A stretch of 64,000 bases of DNA from Pseudomonadota bacterium (GCA_043825875.1 JBDRRF010000083.1:64001-128000); one strand, 5' to 3'; numbered from the stretch's first letter, positions 18,201 through 27,886 are shown. Notes: generated by a model from the sequence alone, not told the origin. A program made the numbers and translations.

Positions 18201-19925
18201 TTGAGCTACAGCGGCACCTCACAGGGCGCAATAAATGCCAACAGCTATGTCATTACGCCGGGCGGGCTGCAACCCGACCAGCACTACCTCATCACCTTTA
18301 TCGATGGTACGTTGACCATCGATCAGAAGGCGCTGACAGCGGTGGACCTGATCGGGAGCGTGACTAAGCAGTATGACGGATTTAACACTGTTGCCAATCT
18401 GACAACGGGCAACTACAGCATCACAGGGTTTATAGCCGGGGAAGGCGCGACAATCGGGGTGACCTCCGGAACGTACGACGCAGGCAAGAATGTGCAGGGT
18501 CCGAACAGCGGCGTGACCTCCGCGCTCCTGGCGGGACTCGATTACACCGGCACTGGCGCGACCTTGCTGACCAACTACGACCTGAGCGGAGTCACGGGTG
18601 TGAGCGCAACCGGTAACATCGGCGCGATCACAGCCAAAGCGCTGAGCCTGACTCCGGTTTCTGACAGCAAGCAATATGACGGTCTTATTACCTCAACGGC
18701 AGCCGTCACCGTCGTTGGCAATGTGGCCGGGGACACCGTTACGGTAGCCGAGGAATACGCCTCCAAAAACGTGTTGGGCCTGAACGGCAGCACACTCGGC
18801 ATCAAGGCCGGCTACACCATTGTTGACGGCGCATCTGCCGACATGAGCGGCAACTACACCGTCACCACCAACACCGCAGCTGGCACCATCATAGCGCTGG
18901 GGATCACGGGCAGCATCACGGCGGCCAACAAGGTTTACAACGGGAACGATACGGCGACAATTGCAACCCGCACGCTTACCGGCGCGATTGTCGGGGACGA
19001 TGTAAGCTATATCGGCGGCTCGGCCCTCTTTAGCGACAAGAACGCGGGCACTGGCAAAACGGTGACGGGCACCGGCCTGAGCCTCGATGGGACTAACGCT
19101 GGCAACTACACGGTCAACGACACGGCTACCACCCTGGCAAACATTACCCCAGCGCAGCTGGGCATTGCAGCGAATAGCACGACCCGTCTTTATGGGGAAG
19201 CGAACCCGGCATTCAGCGCCACTTTCACCGGCTTCCAGAACGGGGAGACGACTGCGGCGCTGACCGGTACGCTGGAGTTCGCCACCCCAGCCTTTCCGAG
19301 CTCCAATGTGGGCAACTATTCCATCATCCCGTCCGGCCAGAGTTCGACGAACTATACCATTACTTATGTCAATGGCCTCCTGGGTGTGACCCCGGTGTCC
19401 CTGATGGTTACCGCTGACGCCAAGAGCAAGGTTTACGGCACGAGTGATCCGACCTTGACCTTTAGCGCCACTGGGTTGGTAAACAACCCGGCACTTGGCG
19501 TCGTCGACACCGCAGATACCGTACTCTCAGGTGCGCTCACGCGCGTCCCCGGGGAGAGTGCGTTGGGCGGGCCGTACGCAATTACCCAGGGCACACTCGC
19601 GGCCAACAGCAACTACGCCCTTGGCTTTACGCACAATAATCTCATCATCATTGGTGCTGCTGCGGAGCCAGTTTTGGGTTTCAACGCGGGGCAGATCGTT
19701 TTCGCAGGAGTAATCAACAACGAGTTCTACTACCGCCCGGGTAACTTCTGGCATATCTCTCTGAATCCAAACAACGCTGACCCTGGATTCGACGTGATGA
19801 GGGGAACCAACGATTTGAACTCACGCTTGCGCCGAAGCTTGAATCCTTGCGATTCTATTTTCGGGGGGGGATTTTGTGAAACATGGTCATTCCCGCAGCA
19901 ACGCGAGAAAATCGATGAAAAATAA
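15225..19925 (+). CDS. TpsA filamentous haemagglutinin-like adhesin (TPS domain, GLUG, YDG/MBG repeats; CdrA/HMW1-like)
   Basis: Long signal peptide, IIHWQGFSI, VLNRV, NPSGI, LIDP; GTGGLVG repeats; K.YDG and K.YG MBG repeats; C-terminal Cys pair. Confidence 0.92.
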   Translation: MTPERNTVTTFIRFIIRLTGFQIAVCMRQFERPARVTSLMTARGNHVSTLWRQIALIAAIVCVFVAGQVQGNGTNPTVVEGQAGFSTQGSTLSITNSPGAIIHWQGFSIDANETTRFIQQSAASSVLNRVIGSDPSVILGTLTSNGRVFLINPSGILVGQGAHIDVAGLVASTLNLSNQDFLAGRLNFASNPLAGTVENQGSITTPSGGSVYLVGSNVTNSGIISSPQGDVILAAGQSAKIFDSSTPGVKVELTASDNAAVNLGEILAQSGEIGIYGAALRNAGIINADQVVRDASGKLVLRAKQSVTLEAGSRICANGELAGEVMVQSESGTTLVYGTIEAKGTGTGQTGGTVRVLGDKVDLLDHAHINVSGNAGGGTVLVGGNFHGTGPEQTAFAATISANSSINADAINSGNGGRIAIWSDGDTSVAGMLTAHGGTNSGDGGFIETSGHNLSIAESTRVNTLASQGKTGTWLIDPQDFTVAASGGDITGTALSSNIGTTDVEVQSSGGGTPGSGNVNINDAVAWSANNILTLTASNNVNINANITATGNTAGLVINPNTANGADSASGTGVFNLNGASITLSGTSPSLAIAGASYTVINDLGSAGSTTAADLQGMSGDRTANYALGSNINASETASWNAGMGFTPIGNLATPFTGIFDGLGHTVSMLTINLATPDVGLFGVTGSGTIIRNVGLVGSNITGLAGTGALVGNNGPDTSIINSYSSGSVSGAAGTGGLVGSSTTGSISNSYSTSSVTGDAGTGGLIGSNTSGAISKSYATGDVSGAAGAGGLVGSNTSGVISTSYATGSVSGAAGTGGLIGSNTSGAINNSYATGGVNGGTGAGVGGLIGSNTSGTIMNSYAAGGVSGTGASRGALIGSSNANVVSNSYWDKTTSIEQSSAGGGIGMTTAEMMAQANFTSATTANSPDNPAWDFVNTWTMYEGITYPLLSDFITPLTVTANNDVKTYDGQLYSGGNGVTYSALVNGIAPAGTLSYSGTSQGAINANSYVITPGGLQPDQHYLITFIDGTLTIDQKALTAVDLIGSVTKQYDGFNTVANLTTGNYSITGFIAGEGATIGVTSGTYDAGKNVQGPNSGVTSALLAGLDYTGTGATLLTNYDLSGVTGVSATGNIGAITAKALSLTPVSDSKQYDGLITSTAAVTVVGNVAGDTVTVAEEYASKNVLGLNGSTLGIKAGYTIVDGASADMSGNYTVTTNTAAGTIIALGITGSITAANKVYNGNDTATIATRTLTGAIVGDDVSYIGGSALFSDKNAGTGKTVTGTGLSLDGTNAGNYTVNDTATTLANITPAQLGIAANSTTRLYGEANPAFSATFTGFQNGETTAALTGTLEFATPAFPSSNVGNYSIIPSGQSSTNYTITYVNGLLGVTPVSLMVTADAKSKVYGTSDPTLTFSATGLVNNPALGVVDTADTVLSGALTRVPGESALGGPYAITQGTLAANSNYALGFTHNNLIIIGAAAEPVLGFNAGQIVFAGVINNEFYYRPGNFWHISLNPNNADPGFDVMRGTNDLNSRLRRSLNPCDSIFGGGFCETWSFPQQREKIDEK

Positions 19926-19963
19926 GTTATTGTGCAGGATCGGGTTTCAAGAAAGGTAACGAT

Positions 19964-21580
19964 ATGCTGTTAATGATTCGCTCTATGGGGCTTGTGATAG
20001 CGCTACTGCTGACATCGACGTTTTCCTTTGCGCAGACACAGACCGTACGTTTCGATATTGATCGTTTCAAAGTCGAAGGCAATACGCTGCTCATTCCCGA
20101 TGAAATCAAAACGGTGCTCGAACCGTTCACTGGCAAACAACGAGAGTATGGCGACCTGCAGCGCGCGATTAAAGCTCTCAGAGAGCGCTATCGCACCAGA
20201 GGTTTCAGCGTGGTGTGGGTAATCGCACCCGAGCAGGACCTCGACCGGGGTGTCATCACACTGCGGATTATAGAAGGGCGGATCGGCAAGATCACCATTG
20301 AAGGCAACCGCTTTTTTGATGATTCCAATATCCGCTCCAGTCTTCCGGCGCTCAGAGAGGAAATTTCGCCCAGAGCAGAGGATATCTCTGCGAACGCGCA
20401 GCTTGGCAACGAGAATCCGGCCAAGCAGGTTGACGTTGTGTTGCGCCCCGGCGAGAAACAGGGCGTGGTGGACGCCACCGTCGATGTCATCGACGTACGG
20501 CCGTTCAAGGCCTTCCTGACCTTTGACAATACCGGCAACCAGCAGACGGGCGACTATCGGCTCGGCGTTGGCGTGCAGCATGCCAACCTGTTCAACCGCG
20601 ACAACATTTTCACGTTCAACTACGTCACCTCGCCGGGGAAGTGGGACCAGGTTAGCCTCTATAGCGGGAGCTATCGCCTGCCGCTGTATTCGTGGGGCGA
20701 TTCCATGGATTTCATCGTCGCTTATTCGGATGTCGTCGCCGGCACCACGCAGACCGTAGCAGGGCCACTTAATTTCTCCGGCCAGGGCACTGTTTATGGC
20801 TTGCGCTATAATCAGTTGCTGGAGCGGCGAGGCGAGTATTCACACCGGATCGTTTACGGCCTCGATTATCGTGCCTATGAGAACGACTGCAAGTTAGGCA
20901 ATTTCGGCGAAGAAGGCTGCGGGCCGGCCGCAGTGGATGTCACCGTGAGTCCCATCAGCTTGGCATACAGTGGCAATTGGGCAAAGCCCGGGCGGATCTC
21001 CGACTTCTATGTTGCCTTATCGCACAATGTCCCTGTGGATTCGAATGGGCAAAAAAGTGATTTCAATGCGGCGCGTCCAAGTCCGAATGGCCGGGACGGG
21101 GCATCTTCCCGTTACACGATCCTTCGCTTTGGCGCCAGCATGGTGAACGCCTTTGAGAGCAACTGGCAAGTCCGTGCCGCTTTCAACGCGCAGTACACCA
21201 CGGATTCCCTCGTAACAGGTGAACAATTCGGCATTGCAGGCACGACCACCGTCCGCGGCTACCAGGAGCGCGAAATTGTCCGCGATATCGGTTATTTCGC
21301 CAACCTCGAACTCTATTCGCCCAACCTTGCAGGCAAACTGGTCCCCGGCGAGGATAACCTGCGCGGCTTGCTGTTCTATGACTTCGCCAATGCTGCCAAC
21401 AATGCATTGGACGGGGAAGTCAGGCAAAAGATCTCGATCGCCAGCATTGGCGCTGGTTTTCGCTGGAATATCCAAAGGAACTTCAACTTGCGCTTCGACT
21501 TGGCACGGGTAATGGACGGAGGCGGGAGCACGAAAGACGGTGACTTCCGCGGGCATATCTCGGTCTTTTTCGGCTATTAG
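19964..21580 (+). CDS. TpsB (ShlB/FhaC/HecB family) outer-membrane transporter
   Basis: POTRA domains (F.VEGNTLL), DNTG, VRGY motif, aromatic C-terminus. Confidence 0.93.
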   Translation: MLLMIRSMGLVIALLLTSTFSFAQTQTVRFDIDRFKVEGNTLLIPDEIKTVLEPFTGKQREYGDLQRAIKALRERYRTRGFSVVWVIAPEQDLDRGVITLRIIEGRIGKITIEGNRFFDDSNIRSSLPALREEISPRAEDISANAQLGNENPAKQVDVVLRPGEKQGVVDATVDVIDVRPFKAFLTFDNTGNQQTGDYRLGVGVQHANLFNRDNIFTFNYVTSPGKWDQVSLYSGSYRLPLYSWGDSMDFIVAYSDVVAGTTQTVAGPLNFSGQGTVYGLRYNQLLERRGEYSHRIVYGLDYRAYENDCKLGNFGEEGCGPAAVDVTVSPISLAYSGNWAKPGRISDFYVALSHNVPVDSNGQKSDFNAARPSPNGRDGASSRYTILRFGASMVNAFESNWQVRAAFNAQYTTDSLVTGEQFGIAGTTTVRGYQEREIVRDIGYFANLELYSPNLAGKLVPGEDNLRGLLFYDFANAANNALDGEVRQKISIASIGAGFRWNIQRNFNLRFDLARVMDGGGSTKDGDFRGHISVFFGY

Positions 21581-21655
21581 TTTCAAATTTCCATCGGTTG
21601 GGGAAGTGTCGGTATCTATGAACCAACTTTTTCTAACGGCCAAAGCGTTTTACAA

Positions 21656-23065
21656 TCAAATAAAAACCAACTTATTTTCCTCATTCTGTGCTTTAACAAG
21701 TTTAAGCGTTTGTTCGGATAAGCTGATCTTTCTTGCACTGGGGAATTTTTCCGGCATAAGCTTTGGCCTTAAATAAAATGCTTCCGGATCGTTAAAAACC
21801 ATAGTACTCATGGGAACCGGAAACATCTCGCTCTCCATAAATACAGGATTAGGCCTGAAATATGCCTCAGGGTTTTCAGGATCTATTTCAAATGTACGGG
21901 GGTGTCTGTGGAAATCATAGTGATTTGCTGATAAATGGTCATTTTTAAGGTCCCACGCAAGATAGATCAAGATGGAATATCCCCATTTTCCTTTATCTTT
22001 AAGTTCCAGACGGTTTCTTGCTTCCATAATGGTCAAAAGATTATTATTGAGATCGTAACGCTCTCTTCTCAATTCCCGATGGGCATACATATCAACCCAA
22101 AGAATCAATCTGCTGTGCTCGGGCGCAAAGAAATCACTGTTTGCAGTTGCCTCTATAACATAACAGGGTACGCCCCCGTTTTTTGTGTAAGCCGGATAAT
22201 CATTTCCCATGATTTTAAGACTTCCGGTGTCTTTTTTTATTGCCTGTCCATCCCAATTCCGGATATTGATATCCTTACGGCCATTCGGGAATCTTACAAT
22301 ATCGTTATTATATAAGACATCGGTGCCCATAAATTTCCAGGTATAATACCAGGGAATCATCATCGTATCCCCAAATGTAAAGTCTCTTTCAAAGTACTGA
22401 TCGCAATATCTTGACTCTCCTTCCGTAACCAGTTTTTGTACTCCGGGATAATAACGCCACTTATCCGAATACTTCTCATGTGTTTTTCCACACCTGTAAA
22501 CATTTTGCAGAAACTTGGTATATCGGTACAGCGCAGGCTTATGATATCTATCCAAGACCCACATATAAATTTTATTTTCCGGCCAGCGATACAGATAATC
22601 TTCCAGTGTATCAGGAGAAAGAGCAGACCAGACCTCTCTTTGGCCGGTATAATAATTCAATCCACCCCTGTTGGTGATCATCATACCGCCCATAGGCCCT
22701 TCATGTGTCCACCATGGAAAATGTTGACCGACGGTCATCATATAAGCGATTTCCGTGGCCGTGTAAGGAGGCTCTAACTTCGCCGCTACATATGTGTATT
22801 GACTATGCCTTGGCGTCTTCTCCCATGGAGTTAAATCCATGTTGAATGTTTCCAGATCTTTTTTTGAAAGCTGACACACGTCTTTCCAGGTGGCATTCCC
22901 ATTAGCTTCCTGGCAAGGCTCTTCCACATCACACAGAGATAAGCCAAATGCCGGACGTGCTTTAAAGAAAACTGATGGAGCGAGACCACAGGCGATAGCT
23001 GTCCCGATGCTTTTCTTTATGAACTTTCTTCTTGTAATCGATTGACTACAGGTTTTTTCTTTCAT
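21656..23065 (-). CDS. DUF1329-like (LolA-fold) periplasmic protein with Tat signal
   Basis: TRRKFIK twin-arginine signal; PCYVIEAT and ILWVD...YDLNNNL segments; directly downstream of DUF1302-like gene. Confidence 0.65.
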   Translation of the reverse strand: MKEKTCSQSITRRKFIKKSIGTAIACGLAPSVFFKARPAFGLSLCDVEEPCQEANGNATWKDVCQLSKKDLETFNMDLTPWEKTPRHSQYTYVAAKLEPPYTATEIAYMMTVGQHFPWWTHEGPMGGMMITNRGGLNYYTGQREVWSALSPDTLEDYLYRWPENKIYMWVLDRYHKPALYRYTKFLQNVYRCGKTHEKYSDKWRYYPGVQKLVTEGESRYCDQYFERDFTFGDTMMIPWYYTWKFMGTDVLYNNDIVRFPNGRKDINIRNWDGQAIKKDTGSLKIMGNDYPAYTKNGGVPCYVIEATANSDFFAPEHSRLILWVDMYAHRELRRERYDLNNNLLTIMEARNRLELKDKGKWGYSILIYLAWDLKNDHLSANHYDFHRHPRTFEIDPENPEAYFRPNPVFMESEMFPVPMSTMVFNDPEAFYLRPKLMPEKFPSARKISLSEQTLKLVKAQNEENKLVFI

Positions 23066-23116
23066 AGGACCATCTCCACAAAAAAATGTTTCTTTATATG
23101 TTAACTGATTATAAAA

Positions 23117-24625
23117 CTAAAATACGTAATTAATTTCCACACCGACATTGTCCCATTGGTTAAACTGACCATATATGTCATTTTTCCCGCCACGGTAATC
23201 TGAGTAAAGAATTTTGGCTTCCAGATTATCCGAACACTTCCATGTTATGATGAACTGGTTCTTCATTCCCTGCCACCCGTTAAGAGGCCCCCCTGTATTA
23301 AAAAAAACGAAAAAAGAAGTAATCAAGCGATCCTCAGTTGACCGCCAAAACTTATTGAAAAGGAACACATGGCCCAGAGACCATCTGTTGACCCCAAGAC
23401 TTTCACGCCATCCTGAATAGTAACTAAACATCGGCTGGTAAAAACACCACACCCTGCCCGGCAAAAAAACATCGAATTTCATTGCACCGCTGATTAAATC
23501 CGTATTGGACACGCCTTTACCATCTTTGAGGATTCCGTTATAAGGATCCCACTTGTTAAAATCCGTGAAATACTGGTCTGTCTTATAAACGATTTCAGCC
23601 CGATAAGTACAAGGCACCCTCTGCAGAAAAGGAACTCCTTTTATTACATATCCAACATCAATGGCTGAACCTACAAAATGCGCTCTGGTATATTCAGGAT
23701 CATAAAACGTCTGCCCGAGATTATCCCGCTTGATGAAATTTGTTGCATTGGGAGAAAAGCCATACATATAGCCCAAACTCCATGTGGCTTGCCCAAGTTT
23801 GGTATCGAATCTGGCAGCCAATTGATGATTTTTAAATGCCGTGCCCGTTTCATCGGCAGAGCCTCGATAGCGAGGATCTCTTTTTGGATCGGATCTTAAG
23901 GGTGACCACCAGGGAGAACCCGGATAAGGATTTTTTGACGGCTCAAAATCCGGTATCCACAGAAACTGTACGCTACTTTCCCTGAAAGTGTAAGTGATAT
24001 TTGTCATCCATAGCGGTATTCGCAGTTTGTTATATTGTGAAGCCCTGATTTCCAGAAAGTCCTTTCCATCAAGGTTGTTAATAAAGTCCATCCACCGGCC
24101 TTCCATTTTTCCCCAGACCACCTGCTGTTTGCCGATTTTCACATATAAGTTGTCCGATTCTATATCCAGATGAAGTTCTCTAATAATCTCATCACCTGTA
24201 TGAGAAATATAGGAATCCTTATTGACTTTATCCGCATAAAGACTCGAGTTTTGCCAGTCATATACTGCATCGTACTGGAATCGGAGTTTGTTAACTAATT
24301 CCACTCCGGGTGAAAACTGATAACGGGGTTCTAATTCCGCCATCCACTGAATTTCCTGAAATCGCCAGTCTTTAGTTACAGTGCCCACCTGTTTGTCATT
24401 GTGAACATTGATCGTTGACCAATTAGACAAAAAACCGTTTATTTTAAAACGTGGAATTTCATTGAGCGGTTTTAGGGCATCACCGGCCGGGTTAAAATTG
24501 GCAATCCAGCGGTCAAAAGTGTTGTAATAATCCAGACCGGATTGTGCATATACGTTGAATGATAAACATAGAACTAAAAAAAACGAAAAAGGAAAAACAA
24601 TTAATCTTGCACGGGTTGCTTTCAT
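23117..24625 (-). CDS. DUF1302-like outer-membrane beta-barrel
   Basis: Signal peptide; YDAVYD, IRELHLD, IGKQQVVWG, RIPLWM, YGQF..WDNV, terminal Phe. Confidence 0.78.
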   Translation of the reverse strand: MKATRARLIVFPFSFFLVLCLSFNVYAQSGLDYYNTFDRWIANFNPAGDALKPLNEIPRFKINGFLSNWSTINVHNDKQVGTVTKDWRFQEIQWMAELEPRYQFSPGVELVNKLRFQYDAVYDWQNSSLYADKVNKDSYISHTGDEIIRELHLDIESDNLYVKIGKQQVVWGKMEGRWMDFINNLDGKDFLEIRASQYNKLRIPLWMTNITYTFRESSVQFLWIPDFEPSKNPYPGSPWWSPLRSDPKRDPRYRGSADETGTAFKNHQLAARFDTKLGQATWSLGYMYGFSPNATNFIKRDNLGQTFYDPEYTRAHFVGSAIDVGYVIKGVPFLQRVPCTYRAEIVYKTDQYFTDFNKWDPYNGILKDGKGVSNTDLISGAMKFDVFLPGRVWCFYQPMFSYYSGWRESLGVNRWSLGHVFLFNKFWRSTEDRLITSFFVFFNTGGPLNGWQGMKNQFIITWKCSDNLEAKILYSDYRGGKNDIYGQFNQWDNVGVEINYVF

Positions 24626-24822
24626 AATAGCCTTTGGTTTTAGATAGTGATATAGGTGTGTAACTTTGAAGTTTGAGCCTCAAGTGAAACGGAGACAGTC
24701 CACGTTTGTTTAAGAAATATCTCCTAAAGTAGTGCGTTGGGATGCAAGAAACATCTTCTTTTACATAGTTTTAATAACTTATACAAAAACCACCTCATAA
24801 TTAGCTTTTTCCAAAGTAAGAA

Positions 24823-25344
24823 TTACGGAAACAGGGGTGGAGGGGAAAGCTCTATATAGGTTGCCTCGCGCAACTTTTTGAGAATTGCCCATAGTTGTTT
24901 TCTCTCAAGTTTCGAAAGCTTTCCCAGAATTTTTGGAAGAACCTCATTTTTCTGTATGCGGCGTAGTTCTTCCCCTTTCTTTGTTATCTTCACATGTACT
25001 ACTCTTTTCTCTTTTGCGCTCCTGATACGTTTGACCAGTCCACTATCTTCCATCCTGTCCAGCAATTGATGGATGCTACCAGGATCACGAAGAACTTGCC
25101 TCGCGATTTGAATGGGCGGCAGCGGACGATTTGCCTCTTCCAGAACATATAAAACTGCGGATTGGATCATGGAAATCCCAACCGGTTTCAATTCTCTCTC
25201 CCTGAGTTTTTTCAGGCCTTCCACAACCTGTGTCATCAACGTGAAAAATTCATATTCTTCATAAAGCGTTATTTCGTATTGATCCACAGATCCTGAACCG
25301 GAGGTAGCATTGTTTTTTACTTTGGCATCTTCAATGTCAGACAT
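24823..25344 (-). CDS. MarR-family transcriptional regulator
   Basis: ELKPVGISMIQSAVL...LLDRMEDSGLVKR...V.ITKKG; start uncertain (25344/25356/25407). Confidence 0.88.
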   Translation of the reverse strand: MSDIEDAKVKNNATSGSGSVDQYEITLYEEYEFFTLMTQVVEGLKKLRERELKPVGISMIQSAVLYVLEEANRPLPPIQIARQVLRDPGSIHQLLDRMEDSGLVKRIRSAKEKRVVHVKITKKGEELRRIQKNEVLPKILGKLSKLERKQLWAILKKLREATYIELSPPPLFP

Positions 25345-25395
25345 GCCCTTCTCCATTAGTTTTATCAAATCAATGTTATTAACAATTTTTATACT

Positions 25396-25411
25396 AATTG
25401 TGATCACAATT
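25396..25411. promoter_or_regulatory. Candidate MarR operator
   Basis: Perfect 16-bp palindrome AATTGTGATCACAATT upstream of marR; minus-strand TTGACT at 25447-25442. Confidence 0.5.
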
Positions 25412-25575
25412 TCTATGCTGTATATATTTACAAATCTCTTAAGTCAACAATATTTTTTTAATCGAAAAAAAGGCCTTTTGTATGGATAAAATGGGATGAA
25501 TTATAATAATTGACAAACTATACTACTTATATTATCGATCACTACCGATATCATACTTTAACAAGGGTTTCCCAT

Positions 25576-26544
25576 ATGAGATATATTGTCTTCTGGTCAT
25601 TTTTGAGCATTCTTTTTCTTGGTCTTATACTTTCACCTCTTGAGGCAGGCCCACCTACCAATGGAACCTATAGATTAAGATTACCCAAGCAGTTAAAAGA
25701 AACCATTTTTGCTTACCCTTTTAACAGAGAAATGGATAGAGACAATGATTTCTTAAAAGATCATTTTGAAGGAAAGGTTGCCGCACACTTCAGGCCTTAT
25801 TTGGTTTTTGATTCCGGAGAAGACCATACAAAATCATGGGAACCTGTAACACTAATCCAGGTAAGACCTGTTGGTTGTATCGGGCCGGATTGTCCGGATG
25901 AGTGGAAGATAAAGATCAAATATGTTTTCTTATGGGCTTTTGACGGAGGATATGGTGAATCTTCCAGTTGTAAAAATGATCACAATGGAGACAATGATTC
26001 CATTTCATTATTTATTCACTCAAAAGATCAAGGCAGAACCTGGATTCTAAAAAGCTCGGGTGATGTAAATATCGGCGACGAGGCTTATATCAGTATTTTT
26101 CCGGATGTATTATGGCCAAACGCACAAAATGGGGGAGTTGAATTTCCCTATGTTTTCTTATCATCGCACAAACATCATCTGTATACGAATTCATGGAATG
26201 ATGAACATGATTCCATCTATAGTGACTGGGGATGCAATGATGATGTTAATGGAAATGGAGCTCATTATTACGCTTGCGTTCATCAGGATTGCCTGGACCC
26301 CGCCTATATCGATGTCTTTAATAATGTTGGCGAGCCGGAAGCCCATGATCCAAAATATTTTGTTGGATCTCTTGATCGGTGGTATAAAGGTGAACATGCA
26401 TGGAGTTCAAGGGAATTTAACGGAGGTAAAGGTGAAGATGGCTTTAAAAACAGCAGTTTAAAAGAAATGTGGATGTCTCATAAATTTCATATAAGTAAAG
26501 GGTTTAAAAAAAAATATGCAGCCATGATTATTGGTGCAATGTAA
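25576..26544 (+). CDS. Exported His/Asp/Cys-rich protein (possible NPP1/Vps62-like fold)
   Basis: Signal peptide; FRPYLVFDSGE, DHNGDND, SSHKHHLY. Confidence 0.55.
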   Translation: MRYIVFWSFLSILFLGLILSPLEAGPPTNGTYRLRLPKQLKETIFAYPFNREMDRDNDFLKDHFEGKVAAHFRPYLVFDSGEDHTKSWEPVTLIQVRPVGCIGPDCPDEWKIKIKYVFLWAFDGGYGESSSCKNDHNGDNDSISLFIHSKDQGRTWILKSSGDVNIGDEAYISIFPDVLWPNAQNGGVEFPYVFLSSHKHHLYTNSWNDEHDSIYSDWGCNDDVNGNGAHYYACVHQDCLDPAYIDVFNNVGEPEAHDPKYFVGSLDRWYKGEHAWSSREFNGGKGEDGFKNSSLKEMWMSHKFHISKGFKKKYAAMIIGAM

Positions 26545-26583
26545 ACAAATCAATTTATTATTTAGTTTAATAAGGATAAAAAA

Positions 26584-26979
26584 ATGAAGGTGTTTAAGCT
26601 TATACTCACATGTGCGCTATTATTGTTAATTTGTTTACCCAGCAAGGGATTCACAGCAAGCGCATACGGAAAAGTTAAATTTGTCGGTACAATTCAGGAA
26701 GCCAATGATAACGGGATCTATAGTGCCAGGTTTAGATTCAAACTTACTGATTCTACATGCACAGAAAGCTCTATACCTAAAACACGTTGGTTCACTGTAA
26801 AATCAGGAAGAATGGATGGGAAATTTGCCCATAATGCGGTTAATACAAAAAATGCATATCAGACTTTGCTTACCGCTTTTTTGACAGACGCAAATATTCA
26901 GATAGATAGAATATCGACATGTTCAAACGATAAGACAATTGAAATTGATTTGTGGAATTCAGCAATAGGAATTTATTAA
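26584..26979 (+). CDS. Small exported hypothetical protein
   Basis: Signal peptide, RBS, two mature-region Cys. Confidence 0.65.
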   Translation: MKVFKLILTCALLLLICLPSKGFTASAYGKVKFVGTIQEANDNGIYSARFRFKLTDSTCTESSIPKTRWFTVKSGRMDGKFAHNAVNTKNAYQTLLTAFLTDANIQIDRISTCSNDKTIEIDLWNSAIGIY

Positions 26980-27025
26980 TTTAATTCATGAAGGGGTGGG
27001 CAGAAGAAAATATAAGAGATAACAC

Positions 27026-27886
27026 ATGACTTCCTGGTATTTTCCCGCATTACTCGCACTTCTATTGATGGGAATTCAGCGTTTTTTTTACAAGGTTGCA
27101 GCAGAAAGAAAATACCCCACCGAATGGGTAACCTTTTCCTTCATGGCCACAGTCACGCTGTTGAGCGCCGGAACATACTTTTTCCGGCAACACCATGAAC
27201 AAAACATTGGTTTCCTGATAGCCGTATCCCTCATCAATAGCATAGCTTTTCTTGTTGCCACCGTATCCCATATTGAAGCACTAAAATATATCCCGGCAAA
27301 TATTGCATACAGCATCATCCGGTTAAATGTGGTGACGGTAGCTGTCTTTTCAATTTTCTATTTCAAGGAACAGATTTCTCTTCTCCAGGGTCTGGGATTG
27401 CTTGTTGCAATTTCTGCCATGATTGTTCTTACAACACAGTTGGGAGCAGATACAATAAAAGTAGAACACCGAAAGCAGGGAGCAGTGTTTATCTTTCTGG
27501 CTTTGCTGGCCGGGGCCACGGCAAGCATTTCATCCAAATTTGCAGCCATGCATGCGGACAAACTTGCTTTTATGGCCCTGTCGTATCTAATGGGGATGAT
27601 TGGCTCTCTGGGAATAACCAGGGCGTTGTCCTATAAAAAAGCCATAAACAAGCGATCAGCCGCGTTGGGCCTTGGTGTAGTCATGGGCGGGTTTAATTTT
27701 GCCGGGTTTTATGCATATTTGTATGCCCTGGAACGCGGGCCGTTATCCCTCATTTCAGCTATTGTGGGAATGCATTTTGTAATTGCCATTGTACTTTCAG
27801 CAGTTATTTTTCATGAGAAAATAAAACCTGTTGGACTTTTAGGAATTCTATTGACTATAATATCTATCATTTTGATACGGATTTGA
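27026..27886 (+). CDS. EamA/DMT-family transporter
   Basis: About 10 TM helices in two repeats; ALERGPLSLIS, FHEKI motifs. Confidence 0.88.
   Translation: MTSWYFPALLALLLMGIQRFFYKVAAERKYPTEWVTFSFMATVTLLSAGTYFFRQHHEQNIGFLIAVSLINSIAFLVATVSHIEALKYIPANIAYSIIRLNVVTVAVFSIFYFKEQISLLQGLGLLVAISAMIVLTTQLGADTIKVEHRKQGAVFIFLALLAGATASISSKFAAMHADKLAFMALSYLMGMIGSLGITRALSYKKAINKRSAALGLGVVMGGFNFAGFYAYLYALERGPLSLISAIVGMHFVIAIVLSAVIFHEKIKPVGLLGILLTIISIILIRI

Noticed and set aside
15485..21643. Many antisense/alternate-frame ORFs in tpsA/tpsB (and within other long genes)
   Set aside because: Shadow ORFs of real coding sequence with no recognisable motifs
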